Source of the DNA: Synechococcus elongatus PCC 6301 | GTDB taxonomy: Bacteria > Cyanobacteriota > Cyanobacteriia > Synechococcales > Synechococcaceae | NCBI RefSeq assembly: GCF_000010065.1 | Contig: NC_006576.1 | Location: 1 to 32,000, forward strand | Direction: 5' to 3' | DNA: 32,000 bases | Part shown: positions 31,931 to 32,000 of the stretch, piece after piece | Numbering within the stretch: position 1 is the stretch's first letter | Layout: the number at the start of each line of letters is the position of its first letter | The notes under the pieces: model-generated | What the model was told of the DNA's origin: nothing | What the model saw: only the letters and a program-made list of their open reading frames with translations | Database searches by the model: none | Program-made: the position numbers and the translations under genes

Positions 31931-31956
31931 TTTCTTATCCTCTAGGAGATAAGAAA
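31931..31956. promoter_or_regulatory. Dyad symmetry element TTTCTTATC-N8-GATAAGAAA
   Basis: Exact 9-bp inverted arms 31931-31939 and 31948-31956 in an intergenic region. Confidence 0.4.
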
Positions 31957-32000
31957 CTTTATCCTTTGTCACCTCGCAGTCCACCCAAAGCAATGGTAAG

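Overview
Cyanobacterial chromosome segment with dense HIP1 (GCGATCGC) sites. The PacS-like and SmpX/MIP-like proteins and the gene content point to Synechococcus elongatus of the PCC 7942/6301 type (from memory, not searched). Housekeeping or known genes: 5' end of isiB, isiA, an RNB-family exoribonuclease, a Tat-signal acetamidase/formamidase, umuD-umuC, ilvC, a PHP-domain phosphoesterase, clpP, psb29/thf1, a group-2 sigma-70 factor, a surface-glycan-type gene pair, tRNA-Gly(CCC), a TerB-like protein, ppk1, pacS with an adjacent cupredoxin-like gene, and a MIP channel. Main non-routine observations: (1) a FitAB/VapBC-type toxin-antitoxin module flanked by a 125-bp direct repeat that duplicates the 5' end of the downstream exoribonuclease gene; (2) an accessory stretch at about 18.0-23.75 kb with two tandem 53-aa paralogs missed by the ORF track, an AT-hook/coiled-coil protein, a single-base-frameshifted ADP-ribosylglycohydrolase, a 30-bp perfect palindrome centred on HIP1, and an IS5-type transposase remnant beside tRNA-Gly; (3) a run of small same-strand genes after pacS, including two overlapping signal-peptide-like ORFs and one ORF interrupted by an in-frame TGA. 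No CRISPR array, rRNA or intact transposon was seen.
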